Sequence record: OK322699.1
Length of the DNA: 64,000 nt
Source: Escherichia phage Sa157lw
Strand: one strand, 5' to 3'
The notes below the pieces were generated by a model, which was not told the origin of the DNA, did no database searches, and saw nothing but the letters and a program-made list of their open reading frames with translations. Positions 9,291-19,198 of this stretch are shown piece by piece (the stretch's first letter is position 1; every line of letters starts with the position of its first letter). A program made the translations under genes and the position numbers.

Positions 9291-10400
9291 TTAAAACAAA
9301 CGTTTGTAAGTGCGACCATTGTACTGCATATGGCCTAATATGAAAATTGCGGTAAACGGAACACAACCTAATAAAACGACGATAATCACTTCCCATGTCT
9401 TGAGGTCACGCCATTTCAGATACTCCATTTCCTTCATTTCAACGCGGTTATAGCCTTTGCTGATATTGACTGCAACTTCTTGGAATACTGATATCCCCAT
9501 GGGTTTGCCAGTCAATGAAAGACCGTTTCGGGAATGGAGTTCCATGTTATTCATCCCATCAGCAAATGACGTGGATTTACCCCAATTGATTTTCATATCC
9601 TTCGATATGTCAGTAACCACAATGACATCGTTCTTTTTACCACCGGACCATGCATATAGCAGCCCCTGAAAATATTCCACAGGCTGGCCAGAAGTCACTA
9701 CCCACACGATATTGACCTGACGTGATGCCCCCAATGTTTTCAAAGTGTTGTTCAGATAATCATTCCAATAATCAACGGGAATATCCATCCCTGACATATT
9801 CAGAACACGAGTCACCCGATAATAATCATACACCCTTGGATATGACGGGATATGGTCTTTGAACTTCTCAGCGAATTGTTGGTCAGATTTGGAGAATAAA
9901 GAATCCTTGTTCCCCAGAACATAGTTCATATATGCATGTTCACGAGCTGCAGGTTCTCCGATTTTAACTTGCGCCCAACGCGGAGGCTCTGTAGTACCCT
10001 GACGATCAATACGGTCAATGCTCAGATCACCGACGGTTGTTAATACGTCCCAATCAACGTCATAAGAGTGCTCATAGCACGTGCTGCAATGACGCGTTTG
10101 TGTACAAGATCGGTTATTTCCTGAACCAGAGCAAGAAGTTGTGTAATAGCACATACATTCATAAGAATGACTACAGCTTACCTTGTTTCGTTGCTTATCG
10201 GTAACGTATCCATTCAAAATTTCAACATCTCCCGAACTACCCAGGGAAAATGCAGCGTATGCTCCCGCCTGGATAAGACAGGATAATACAACCACTATCG
10301 CAGTAGCAATTAGCGTTTCTTTTGGTTCATGGGTTTTGCGATGGTAAACCACGAACAATATGGCTAAAATAATAGGGACCACAAACAGAAGGTAAATCAT
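9291..10400 (-). CDS. two-TM membrane protein with Cys-rich central domain
   Basis: Hydrophobic helices at both termini (LLFVVPIILAILFVV; VIIVVLLGCVPFTAIFIL) and a Cys-rich stretch (CSHSYECMCYYTTSCSG...CTQTRHCSTC). Confidence 0.5.
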   Translation of the reverse strand: MIYLLFVVPIILAILFVVYHRKTHEPKETLIATAIVVVLSCLIQAGAYAAFSLGSSGDVEILNGYVTDKQRNKVSCSHSYECMCYYTTSCSGSGNNRSCTQTRHCSTCYEHSYDVDWDVLTTVGDLSIDRIDRQGTTEPPRWAQVKIGEPAAREHAYMNYVLGNKDSLFSKSDQQFAEKFKDHIPSYPRVYDYYRVTRVLNMSGMDIPVDYWNDYLNNTLKTLGASRQVNIVWVVTSGQPVEYFQGLLYAWSGGKKNDVIVVTDISKDMKINWGKSTSFADGMNNMELHSRNGLSLTGKPMGISVFQEVAVNISKGYNRVEMKEMEYLKWRDLKTWEVIIVVLLGCVPFTAIFILGHMQYNGRTYKRLF

Positions 10401-10783
10401 AACACACCATCCACGAGTTGTTCCTTCGTCATACCAAGAAGTTGATTTTTATGACCTGATTCAGCTCCATTTTTCAACAACAGATCCCAACGTTCTTCAT
10501 GATACTGTGGAGTCATTGCATCGTCAAAAGAAACATGGTGGCGATGCATAATTGTTGCAACGGTATGAAGAACGATTGCTGTCGCTCTTTTTAAAGCACG
10601 TGTATCAGTGATATGGTCTTCATATTCAATACCCATCAAATCGAGTTCTTTCCGAATATATGCAATAGACAAATCACCTTCAGAATGCAATTTAACAATA
10701 GTCGCTTTCTTAGGATGTAACACGCCGTCTGTTTCTTTCATGAACAGATCGTACAAATATTGTTTGTATTCGGGGCGCATCAT
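10397..10783 (-). CDS. hypothetical protein (128 aa)
   Basis: Intact ORF, start overlaps upstream stop. Confidence 0.45.
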   Translation of the reverse strand: MMRPEYKQYLYDLFMKETDGVLHPKKATIVKLHSEGDLSIAYIRKELDLMGIEYEDHITDTRALKRATAIVLHTVATIMHRHHVSFDDAMTPQYHEERWDLLLKNGAESGHKNQLLGMTKEQLVDGVL

Positions 10784-11034
10784 CTCGTAATCCCTCCGGC
10801 ACAGATAATATTCAGTTCACCGCGACGGAAACCGCCTTGCCCCTCGCCATGTAGTAGACCAAACGCACTCTTGCCGGAATTTTTGTTGCCGTTCAGTATA
10901 TTCCAAAGAGCATCAGCATCGCCTAACTCAGTCATCTGGTATTTTGTTGGATTTTTATGATCTTCTTCCAGAATCACCGATACCATAGATTCAATATCGA
11001 GGGAGTCCATATCTTCAATTCGTTGCATTGCCAT
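10780..11034 (-). CDS. hypothetical protein (84 aa)
   Basis: ATG at 11034 with AAGGAA RBS. Confidence 0.4.
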   Translation of the reverse strand: MAMQRIEDMDSLDIESMVSVILEEDHKNPTKYQMTELGDADALWNILNGNKNSGKSAFGLLHGEGQGGFRRGELNIICAGGITR

Positions 11035-11045
11035 GATGTATTTCC

Positions 11046-11090
11046 TTGTAAAAGAAAGGGGAACGGGCTAATAATAACCCATTCCCCTTT
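11046..11090 (-). terminator. intrinsic terminator (ggggaacggg / cccattcccc hairpin)
   Basis: About 10-bp stem with one mismatch, then T-run on the minus strand; shares flanking motif with 8222-8276. Confidence 0.4.
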
Positions 11091-11115
11091 ATTGAAGAAC
11101 GCAATCGCAGTCAGA

Positions 11116-11283
11116 TTACTTTTTCTTCAGCTCTTCCAGCTTGGCTTCAATTTGGTCCAGAATCTCTTTACCTTTCTGGACGATGGCTTCACCGTCTTGC
11201 GCGTGTTTACGAAAAACCAGAGCGCCAGCAATGAAACCAACAACCACGCCTGGGAGCGCATACACCAACAGATCTTGTAACAT
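11116..11283 (-). CDS. small membrane protein (55 aa, below ORF-track cutoff)
   Basis: Manual translation MLQDLLVYALPGVVVGFIAGALVFRKHAQDGEAIVQKGKEILDQIEAKLEELKKK: one hydrophobic helix plus amphipathic tail. Confidence 0.35.
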   Translation of the reverse strand: MLQDLLVYALPGVVVGFIAGALVFRKHAQDGEAIVQKGKEILDQIEAKLEELKKK

Positions 11284-11321
11284 GATTTATATCCTCACTT
11301 TTATAAGCAAGGATATTTATA

Positions 11322-12557
11322 TCATCGTTTCAACAAAGACATGAGGTTTACACTGGTCGACTTCGGATTGTCCTCTATCTTCCGGACGGGCATTTTCAGA
11401 TTAGTGTAAACCTCAGATGGTTCCCAACGCGTACCCTGCTGCAGGTGCCATATATGTAGAGGAACACCTGTCTCAAAGAACACAGGCATCTTCCACTTCT
11501 GGACGCCAGGAACGTGCCCTGCAGGAGCTTTTTCGCATAACAGGGTATCTGGTAGCCAGAGGGAACGGGCTTCCCATAATGCCTTACAGGAGTACTCAGG
11601 CCAGATGCGTTCCATGTAGTCGATCTCATCCCAAGTACGCTCGGCATCCCACCCGATGTAACGAGTGTTTTTCAGACGGAAGAATTTCTTAAGCCAACAA
11701 GCACCGGAAGTCTCAAAGTTCAAACGATTGATGAACGTGATGTGACCAAACTCGGCGACACAATCTTTGAATGCCTGTTCAAGATCAGCCTCAAGGATGT
11801 CGCATTCTTCATCGGTGATAGGACAGCCGTTGATCTTTTTCTTTCCGTGCTTGGTCACCCAGTCGTCACGGTTTGACAAGAATGCCGCGCCGTTGCGGTT
11901 GGACTCACTACCATCACGGTCACGCAACATGAACCCAGGGACGTCGATCTGATACATGTTGCCGAATACCATGTTCAGGGCTTCCAGGAAGTTCCAGGCG
12001 CTCAGGCGACCGAAGTATTTCCACCCCATAGCCGTGTCCCATAGCTTAACGAATTGATCACTTTGCAGTTTAGTCTCCAACAACGGACGGAAAGCATCCA
12101 TCTGAGTACGACCAGCCAGCCAATCAATGTAGGACTGAACACACGGGATCATCTTCGATTTGCGATAGCGGCAATCAGTATCGAATCGCATACGCTCGAA
12201 GTTCAGGTTATACCAATCACAGAATCGCTTGAACTCTTGTGGTGACTGAGGCGGTACAGGAAACTCACTATAAATCGTCCATGGGCCAATCCCATTATAA
12301 CAACAGCCCCAAAGGAACGCCATCCAGATCTTGCGCTCGATCTTCTCAAGCTGCGTAATGCCTTCAGTGACTTCAATCGCATAATCCATCAGACGAACTT
12401 GTTGGTTGTGTTCTTCCGTATACGACAGCGCCTCCACCCATGCTTTGAGCAGATACATCCGATTCTCTGGCTTACGATAATCGATTGACAAATCAATTGG
12501 GTACTTCCATTCAGCCGGAGGCGTATAACCTGTCGGCATTTTAGATAGATGCGTCAT
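11322..12557 (-). CDS. hypothetical enzyme-sized protein (411 aa); possible DNA-modification or nucleotide-metabolism role
   Basis: Long intact ORF near a P-loop kinase and a HAD hydrolase; no motif recognised with confidence. Confidence 0.45.
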   Translation of the reverse strand: MTHLSKMPTGYTPPAEWKYPIDLSIDYRKPENRMYLLKAWVEALSYTEEHNQQVRLMDYAIEVTEGITQLEKIERKIWMAFLWGCCYNGIGPWTIYSEFPVPPQSPQEFKRFCDWYNLNFERMRFDTDCRYRKSKMIPCVQSYIDWLAGRTQMDAFRPLLETKLQSDQFVKLWDTAMGWKYFGRLSAWNFLEALNMVFGNMYQIDVPGFMLRDRDGSESNRNGAAFLSNRDDWVTKHGKKKINGCPITDEECDILEADLEQAFKDCVAEFGHITFINRLNFETSGACWLKKFFRLKNTRYIGWDAERTWDEIDYMERIWPEYSCKALWEARSLWLPDTLLCEKAPAGHVPGVQKWKMPVFFETGVPLHIWHLQQGTRWEPSEVYTNLKMPVRKIEDNPKSTSVNLMSLLKR

Positions 12558-12915
12558 CCTTCACCTCGGCTTCGAGTTGGATATCTTCAGGGTTTAAAAC
12601 GGGCTGGCCCAAAGACCAAATTGGAAGGAACCGACGGTCATTGGATACTACCCAGATTTGCTTGGCGGTTTTCGTTTTTTCAGAAATATAATGCTGGGCA
12701 TTAACCTGAGTCCGTGCCAGCCCAATTTGCCGCCATGCACCGAAATCTTTAGAAGATGGATTGGTGTTCAGCTGGAATTGGGGAATGATTTTATTCTGTT
12801 CCGGATAATATCGGACAGCGTTAATCATATTGGCATCGCCACGATAGTCAACAGCAATAGCAATGGCATTGCGTGGAATAAGAATTTTCATTTTAATTCC
12901 TTTTGAAACTTTCAA
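12541..12915 (-). CDS. hypothetical protein (124 aa)
   Basis: Intact ORF. Confidence 0.4.
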   Translation of the reverse strand: MKVSKGIKMKILIPRNAIAIAVDYRGDANMINAVRYYPEQNKIIPQFQLNTNPSSKDFGAWRQIGLARTQVNAQHYISEKTKTAKQIWVVSNDRRFLPIWSLGQPVLNPEDIQLEAEVKDDASI

Positions 12916-13096
12916 TTATGTTGTAAACGAACGGCGTTAATAAAGCAACACCGCCCGAATAATATAACGCGTAAACATTCAATATTTCGGTTGAGTCTAA
13001 TTCAACGATGCCCAAATATTTCATAACACCGACAAGCATAGCTGAAAAGCACATCACCAGACCGACGAACACAAAATATTTAGACATCTTTTTCAT
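12893..13096 (-). CDS. small membrane protein (67 aa)
   Basis: Two hydrophobic segments (YFVFVGLVMCFSAMLVGV; GGVALLTPFVYNII). Confidence 0.35.
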   Translation of the reverse strand: MKKMSKYFVFVGLVMCFSAMLVGVMKYLGIVELDSTEILNVYALYYSGGVALLTPFVYNIIESFKRN

Positions 13097-13099
13097 TAT

Positions 13100-14014
13100 C
13101 TACACCTTACGCATTAGCCCCAGAAGGGACACGGATGAGGTCTTTGGTTCTTCCTTGGCGACGGCCTTGTTTTTAGTTTTGGATGCCTTCTGCGGCTTCT
13201 CAGGCACTCTGTGAGCCAAAGGATCCTGACCGCCGACTTCACGCGTCATCGGATTGGTTTCGCAATAGCCGTAGAAGTCTTTCGACATCAGATTGTTAGC
13301 GCGGCAAACTGTGCCAAGCTGATGATAGATAGCATTACCCACCACCCACAACGGGGCGTCGAACGGCAACATAGCCAATTCGCTATCATTCCCAGTCTTG
13401 AATTCTTGGGTGTTCGTAACCGTTTGGTGGTACAAAACGTCTTGCCCACTGTAATCATCCACGGCAACATTCCAGCCCAGCGCCAGCATTTCAGATTTCG
13501 ACTTCTCGAACTCCTTGGAGTAAGATTCGTTGCGCGACCAGCCGGAATCCCCCGCTTCTTTACCAGAGCGTCCACGGATGCGGGCATCGTACTGATAGCG
13601 ATCAGGATACGCAAAGTACAGCAGCGCCAAAGAATCAATCGGATAGTTCTTGAACATCCATTCAGGACGCCACTTGTCCGACAGCATCAGGGGTTCGCCC
13701 TCACACACCAGGGTATATCCCTGAGCCAGCCAACCCTTGATGAGGTCGCGAGCAATATCCCCAGAGCCTGTGGCAGCATGAATGGCGTCCATAGAGGTCC
13801 AAGACGCCAGGCCGGATTTATTGGACACTGTGTATTGGCCGACGAAGATTAACTTCAGCTCTTCAAATTTCAGGCCGAAGGGGCGCGTCTTATCCCCAAC
13901 AGTGTACGACAATTCAGTCGGCTTCAGCTTAGTGCGGAGCCACTCGATGAACTGTACGACACGAGTGCCTTTACCCGTGCCGCTGGTTCCTTTGATTACA
14001 ATGATCTTTGCCAT
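13100..14014 (-). CDS. P-loop kinase (candidate dNMP kinase or 5-hydroxymethyl-dU DNA kinase-like)
   Basis: Walker A motif IKGTSGTGKGT at the N-terminus. Confidence 0.55.
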   Translation of the reverse strand: MAKIIVIKGTSGTGKGTRVVQFIEWLRTKLKPTELSYTVGDKTRPFGLKFEELKLIFVGQYTVSNKSGLASWTSMDAIHAATGSGDIARDLIKGWLAQGYTLVCEGEPLMLSDKWRPEWMFKNYPIDSLALLYFAYPDRYQYDARIRGRSGKEAGDSGWSRNESYSKEFEKSKSEMLALGWNVAVDDYSGQDVLYHQTVTNTQEFKTGNDSELAMLPFDAPLWVVGNAIYHQLGTVCRANNLMSKDFYGYCETNPMTREVGGQDPLAHRVPEKPQKASKTKNKAVAKEEPKTSSVSLLGLMRKV

Positions 14015-14319
14015 TATGCAGCATCCTCAATGCGCCAACTCACTCCACCCAACCAAGGTGCCCAAAACACGGCAACTTGCGGATGACCATTCTCAACAAA
14101 CTTCACTTTATACTGGTCATCAAAGTTATAGAAAATTTCGTCGTCATCAGGTGCCATACCGTTTTCAATCAGAACTCGTTTTAATTCCAACGCTGCGCCA
14201 ACGGAAGTTGGTGGATTCTGATTACGGATGAAGTTGTTTACATGGATAATGATACCATCCATATCACTGTCACCGGAACGCTTGTCAGGGCTTTCTACAA
14301 CTTTATTTTGTTCTTGCAC
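14014..14319 (-). CDS. hypothetical protein (101 aa)
   Basis: Intact ORF. Confidence 0.4.
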   Translation of the reverse strand: MQEQNKVVESPDKRSGDSDMDGIIIHVNNFIRNQNPPTSVGAALELKRVLIENGMAPDDDEIFYNFDDQYKVKFVENGHPQVAVFWAPWLGGVSWRIEDAA

Positions 14320-14328
14320 GATGTGCTC

Positions 14329-15171
14329 CTATCGGACATATTGATAATGAGAAACCAGGCGATTCACCACTTCATCGAGGTTACGATTTAAGAAGTCAAA
14401 GTGGTTTTGGCCTTCTACATGCTTAATATAAAGCATATCCTCGCAATTCGAAAGATCCAGTTTTTCATAATTGCCCTGAGGGACGAAGATGACGAAGATG
14501 TTATTCAGGGCACACGGCTCAACATACTTCGGATTGTCGTCGATCAGGACATCGCCAGCAAGCAGATGCTTTTCATCCGTGCTCACGAACCCATTAATCA
14601 ACGATTCAAAGTGATGGTATATGAACTGACGCTTGCTGCGTTCGTGTTCCGGTTCGCATTTTGTAACTGCCACCATTTCCACTTGCTCAAACTTCTGAAG
14701 GAGAGCGGCCTTTAAATTCGTAAGGAATTCAACAGCCCCTGGCAGTGGTGACATTCTGGAATACAGATCAGGCATACGCCACCAATCCATCGGATCACGT
14801 CCTGTTGGCGAATCCATCCACTGACCAGCAACGAATACACGGCGCGTTAACCAGGCCGGATGCGCGCGTTCACGCATGAGGATCGCCAGATCACCAGCGT
14901 GTGACATATAACACTCTTTGGTGATTGGTTGAAATTCAGATGGGTAGTCGTGACATCCCATATTTTCCGCAGCGGCTTTAGAATTAGAAATATTGAACCA
15001 TTCAACCCACGGCGATAGGGAATCAACCAGAGTCAAATCCACATCCACCAGAACGCGATATAACCCGCCAATTTTAGAACATGCGTCATACAGACCAACG
15101 TGATTATTCATCAGATTTCTCCACATTGTCATAACCAGTTGCGGTGCATTGCTCTTCGGTGCAATCGGCAT
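14329..15171 (-). CDS. HAD-superfamily hydrolase-like protein (possible nucleotidase)
   Basis: Motif I-like VLVDVDLTLVDS (DxDxT). Confidence 0.45.
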   Translation of the reverse strand: MPIAPKSNAPQLVMTMWRNLMNNHVGLYDACSKIGGLYRVLVDVDLTLVDSLSPWVEWFNISNSKAAAENMGCHDYPSEFQPITKECYMSHAGDLAILMRERAHPAWLTRRVFVAGQWMDSPTGRDPMDWWRMPDLYSRMSPLPGAVEFLTNLKAALLQKFEQVEMVAVTKCEPEHERSKRQFIYHHFESLINGFVSTDEKHLLAGDVLIDDNPKYVEPCALNNIFVIFVPQGNYEKLDLSNCEDMLYIKHVEGQNHFDFLNRNLDEVVNRLVSHYQYVR

Positions 15172-15448
15172 ACAGAACCACAGAAGATTCCTTCACGTAA
15201 GTGGTGCAGTGATAGGTTTCATCTTCCTGGATGGAATCATCATAATTGCAAACAGTTTGCAACGGACCAGGAGTCGTGTTGTCCAAAGCTGCATGTGCCT
15301 TGATGGTGTCTTCCATCTTATTCACCGCTTGCTGATTGGTGAACGTCGGCGCATCGAGGTCAACAGTAGACGCAACGTCCAGAAGGGTAGAGCATGCAGT
15401 GGTAGAGAAAGCCAGAGCACACACCAGAAGAATCTTATTGAGTTTCAT
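15104..15448 (-). CDS. putative lipoprotein
   Basis: MKLNKILLVCALAFSTTAC signal/lipobox-like N-terminus when started at internal ATG 15448. Confidence 0.4.
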   Translation of the reverse strand: MKLNKILLVCALAFSTTACSTLLDVASTVDLDAPTFTNQQAVNKMEDTIKAHAALDNTTPGPLQTVCNYDDSIQEDETYHCTTYVKESSVVLYADCTEEQCTATGYDNVEKSDE

Positions 15449-15464
15449 AACAATACCTGTTGTC

Positions 15465-15495
15465 AAAGGGATAACAGGGGGAATTATATCCCCCT
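15465..15495 (-). terminator. intrinsic terminator downstream of DNA polymerase
   Basis: Hairpin ggggga-attata-tccccc, T-rich on minus strand. Confidence 0.4.
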
Positions 15496-15508
15496 TTGTT
15501 TTATTGAA

Positions 15509-18505
15509 TCAACCTTTCTTGCCCATCATGGACAACAGATTAACTCGACGTTTGTGAGACCAACCAACCACGTCTAGAATAGATTGAATCGGCTCTATGA
15601 AGGTCTTTTCAAACGTGGTGTGATAATCTACCCACTTATCCAGCCCCAACTCCGGAGGGAGGAAGTCAGGGAAGGCTATGCGGTCGTTCCCCACAGGGTT
15701 CCCAGGTTTCAGGTTAATGATTTTAACCTTATCGCCAGATTCTATCGGCGGGAGACCGAGGTCTTCATGCTTGTCTATCAGCTTGTTGTACATAATACAA
15801 GCCTTGGCAGCAAAGTGTGTGCCACTGATATAATTTCCGTTGCCGTCTAACCACTTCTCAATATCACTAACGCCAGAGGCTTGAGCAATATCATCCACGG
15901 TTAATTCCATATATTCCTTCTTATAACCCGCGATCAATTCCTGAACTTCAGCCTCCGTCCCCAGAAGAACTTTCTCATAGCATTTAACCAGACGCTCACG
16001 ACACCATTCCGGCGTTGTAGATTTACGCGCTTCCAGACCTTTGAATTTGATCTTTGGCTTCTCATACTTGATGCCTTCGCTATCGTATACCGCCATGCAA
16101 TACATCTTCTTGGCTCGCCATACAGCAGACGATGCGATGACCTCACGTTCCCAGACCATGCGCTGCTCAAACCCGTTCATGGTATTACATAACAACTGCG
16201 CCCATTCGCTGGTTTTTGGCTGGTAATTCTCTTTGATCCATTGGTCAATGTTATCAACGAGTTTGTGATGGTCCTTTTCTTCAGGCCACAATTGCTTGAC
16301 CAGGCGTTCAATGCAAATGTAGTTGGAGTCAGTATCACCCGCGATAACAAAATCCTGACCAGTAGTGCCGCAAAGTTTGTTCAGATAATCATCGGTGTGG
16401 CGTTTGTTCCATTTGTTGATCAGCTGGCCGGAAGTGGTGATTGCTTCAGCGATGTTGATGTTGAAGTATTCTTTAAACCAGACGTTGGAGATTGCGCCAT
16501 AACCTGCGTTCATCAAGATCTTCAGACCTTGTTGTAACGTGTCTTGAGCAACCCCCAGATCTTCCCATTTATGCATGACTTCAGTCAGGTGATCAAGATC
16601 GATATGCTTGTGTTCTTCATACCATTCAGGATCGTAGAAACGAGACTTCATGGCAGACTCAAGGTGGAAATCACCTTTAGACATTTCCTTACACCAACCA
16701 GCCCATTGCTCATACTTCAGGCCAGTTGCTTTCTCTCCTTTACGGTCAGCGTATATGCCTCGCATAATTTCGGAAAGGAAGGACATCTTCTCATTACTGA
16801 AGAACTGAACGTTCGGGGTAAACGAAACGTTATATCGGCGTAGTGTTTCAAAATGGAATTCGCCCAGCGCGACCAATTCATCAACAACTTGTATGCGTTC
16901 ATCAATAGCACGCTGCAACTTGTCGTGAAGATTTTTGAGATGACGACGTTTATTCATCGGCGTTGTCATATCATTCATCGCTTTGGTCAATTCCTCACAC
17001 ATGGCCTCAATAATATCACGGCGTGTGTGCTTATCAGAAACGATAGTCTCTGGACCAAGGTTGTATTGCTGTATGATGTGGGGATACAGGGAGTTTAAGT
17101 CCTCAGAGAAGACCCAGAAATATATCCCTGGTGCAACCTCCATGACATATGCGCCTTCAAAATCTGTTGGCCCATCATAGACGCGCTGGATTTTCGGGAC
17201 AATCCCCTTCTCATAAAGACGATAATAGCACATCGCCAGCCACGGTGCTACAGTGCCGAGACCGTCTTCATAGTTGGATTTAGTGCGATAAGCCAATACA
17301 AACATCAGCTGTATCAAACGCAGTTTTTGTTCTAAGCGCCACACCAGCTTGACGTCTTTGATACCATATCGCGTATGCTTGCAATAATCATTGAAATAAA
17401 GGTCATACAATGATTTGCTTTCACTATAATCCAACTTCTTCTCACCGAGTTCACAATAAGCGATCCAGTCCAGTGAGTATTTTTCGCGGGTGGTGTAAGT
17501 GTGTTTCTTGTACACTTGCATGTAGTCCATCATTGGACAACCCACAAACTGATAAGACGTGACGTCGCCTTTACGGTCTTTGATGAAACGTTTCTTCAGT
17601 TTACCCCAAGGACTGAGACGCTGGGCTTCGGATTCACCAAGAACCTGCGTAATTCGTTCAACCAAATAGGGGCTATCGAACGTTTCAATGTTCCACCCCG
17701 TCCAACCGTCAAATTGACGCTGCGACCAGTAGTTAAGGAATGAACGCAGCAGATCCTGCTCGGTGACGAACTCCATATACTCAACCTGAAGCCCACCGAT
17801 TTCAGGATCGTTCTCATCATACCTGAACTTCGCGCGATCCTTGGAACACGGCATGCCCCAGACATAGAATTTATTGGTATTCATATCTTGGAGCTGTATC
17901 AGCGTAATAGGGAACGCCGCATTCATGTTCTGTGTGATTTTACCGTTACTGTCAATTATAGGGAATTGGTCAGTCACGTTGTTGGAAATAAAGGAACCAG
18001 GGAAATGCTCCCGAACGAAGTCATGGTTGGCCAGTACTTGCTTATGGAAACGACGAACCCGCGCCTCGCTGCCTTTAAACGTGTGAGATTCGATCGTTGC
18101 GTGTGGGAATGGACCTTTAGTCATTTCTCCGTCACGCCAACCAGCCGAGAACACTTCGATATCCACGTTGGCGATGTGGATATTTGAATAATCAGGTGTG
18201 ATCATCCCAGGAAAACTATGGGCGATGAATTGATATGCATAATCCGTTTGTCCATACACCGCAGCGCCTTCGACCTCCTTGTACTCCTCAAGATAGTTGT
18301 CAGCGTCGCGCATTGATGCAAACTTTTTAGACACCAACGGTTCGTTGAGGAGGCCAATCTTTTCAACTTTGGAATAATCAGCTGTGGGTAAATACAAGGT
18401 GGGTTCGAATTTCTTACGCAACATGCGGCGATTGCCGTTGTCGTCTGCGATACGAATCAGAAGGTCGTTACCCTGTCGGGCAACGTTCGTATAGAAAACA
18501 GTCAT
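15509..18505 (-). CDS. family B DNA polymerase (T4 gp43-like)
   Basis: Exo I DIE (HIANVDIEVF), motif A DLNSLYP, motif C GDTDS; N-terminus MTVFYTNVA parallels T4 MKEFYISIE. Start set at ATG 18505 (GGAG RBS) rather than upstream ORF-track start 18607. Confidence 0.9.
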   Translation of the reverse strand: MTVFYTNVARQGNDLLIRIADDNGNRRMLRKKFEPTLYLPTADYSKVEKIGLLNEPLVSKKFASMRDADNYLEEYKEVEGAAVYGQTDYAYQFIAHSFPGMITPDYSNIHIANVDIEVFSAGWRDGEMTKGPFPHATIESHTFKGSEARVRRFHKQVLANHDFVREHFPGSFISNNVTDQFPIIDSNGKITQNMNAAFPITLIQLQDMNTNKFYVWGMPCSKDRAKFRYDENDPEIGGLQVEYMEFVTEQDLLRSFLNYWSQRQFDGWTGWNIETFDSPYLVERITQVLGESEAQRLSPWGKLKKRFIKDRKGDVTSYQFVGCPMMDYMQVYKKHTYTTREKYSLDWIAYCELGEKKLDYSESKSLYDLYFNDYCKHTRYGIKDVKLVWRLEQKLRLIQLMFVLAYRTKSNYEDGLGTVAPWLAMCYYRLYEKGIVPKIQRVYDGPTDFEGAYVMEVAPGIYFWVFSEDLNSLYPHIIQQYNLGPETIVSDKHTRRDIIEAMCEELTKAMNDMTTPMNKRRHLKNLHDKLQRAIDERIQVVDELVALGEFHFETLRRYNVSFTPNVQFFSNEKMSFLSEIMRGIYADRKGEKATGLKYEQWAGWCKEMSKGDFHLESAMKSRFYDPEWYEEHKHIDLDHLTEVMHKWEDLGVAQDTLQQGLKILMNAGYGAISNVWFKEYFNINIAEAITTSGQLINKWNKRHTDDYLNKLCGTTGQDFVIAGDTDSNYICIERLVKQLWPEEKDHHKLVDNIDQWIKENYQPKTSEWAQLLCNTMNGFEQRMVWEREVIASSAVWRAKKMYCMAVYDSEGIKYEKPKIKFKGLEARKSTTPEWCRERLVKCYEKVLLGTEAEVQELIAGYKKEYMELTVDDIAQASGVSDIEKWLDGNGNYISGTHFAAKACIMYNKLIDKHEDLGLPPIESGDKVKIINLKPGNPVGNDRIAFPDFLPPELGLDKWVDYHTTFEKTFIEPIQSILDVVGWSHKRRVNLLSMMGKKG

Positions 18506-18584
18506 TGTTTGTCTCCGGTTAACCGTGCCGTCAGCACGTCCCCGTAATTTAACCGAGGAACGTTCAATGACCAAGGAGTTTAAA

Positions 18585-19157
18585 ATGGCAATCCCCTTTG
18601 TGAGCATGATTCCAGGGGCGCTAAAGCAACTCTGGAATCTTGGGACTGATTTGGTGCAATATAAGCGGGAAATTGTTCAGGCTAAACACGATGTTAAACT
18701 GGAGGCAATAAAGTCTTCTTCAGAATGGGAACTTTCTAAGATTACCGAAGTCGGCGGATCTTGGAAAGATGAATTCTGGACAATCGTTTTGGCTGTTCCC
18801 GCTATCCTTGTTATGATCGCTCCGGTTGTGGAACTTCTAATGTTCCCCACCGAGTATCATAAAGGGGATTTCATCAAAGCAGTAATTGATGGTATGCAAG
18901 CCCTTGAAACAGCGCCTGATTGGTATACTGCTTCGCTATTGACAGCAATTAGTGCATCATTCGGTATCAAGGGGTACAACCATTACAAAAGCAATAGCCG
19001 GAAGGCGCAAGCTGTGGATGCTCTCAAACAGTTTGGGGTCAAAGTGGTTAACAAAGATCCCACTGTTGTTACTCAGTCGGGTTCTCCCGATCTTGAGTCT
19101 GCTCCCCCAGCTGGGTCTACTGCGACCTCTGGTGCGTGGCCTGATCTGAAGAAATAA
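18585..19157 (+). CDS. membrane protein, divergent from DNA polymerase
   Basis: ATG 18585 with AAGGAG RBS; hydrophobic helix FWTIVLAVPAILVMIAPVVELLMF. Confidence 0.5.
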   Translation: MAIPFVSMIPGALKQLWNLGTDLVQYKREIVQAKHDVKLEAIKSSSEWELSKITEVGGSWKDEFWTIVLAVPAILVMIAPVVELLMFPTEYHKGDFIKAVIDGMQALETAPDWYTASLLTAISASFGIKGYNHYKSNSRKAQAVDALKQFGVKVVNKDPTVVTQSGSPDLESAPPAGSTATSGAWPDLKK

Positions 19158-19198
19158 GTTCAAGGGGAGGAAACTCCCCTTTCTTTTGGTGTTAGGGA

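Noticed and set aside
13211-13852. 213-aa plus-strand ORF overlapping the P-loop kinase gene
   Set aside because: Antisense shadow ORF; the minus-strand frame has a Walker A motif and operon context.
15509-18607. Intein or N-terminal extension in the DNA polymerase
   Set aside because: Polymerase motifs are contiguous with no Cys/Ser...His-Asn-bounded insert; the extra 34 codons upstream of ATG 18505 have no RBS and do not align with the T4 gp43 N-terminus.
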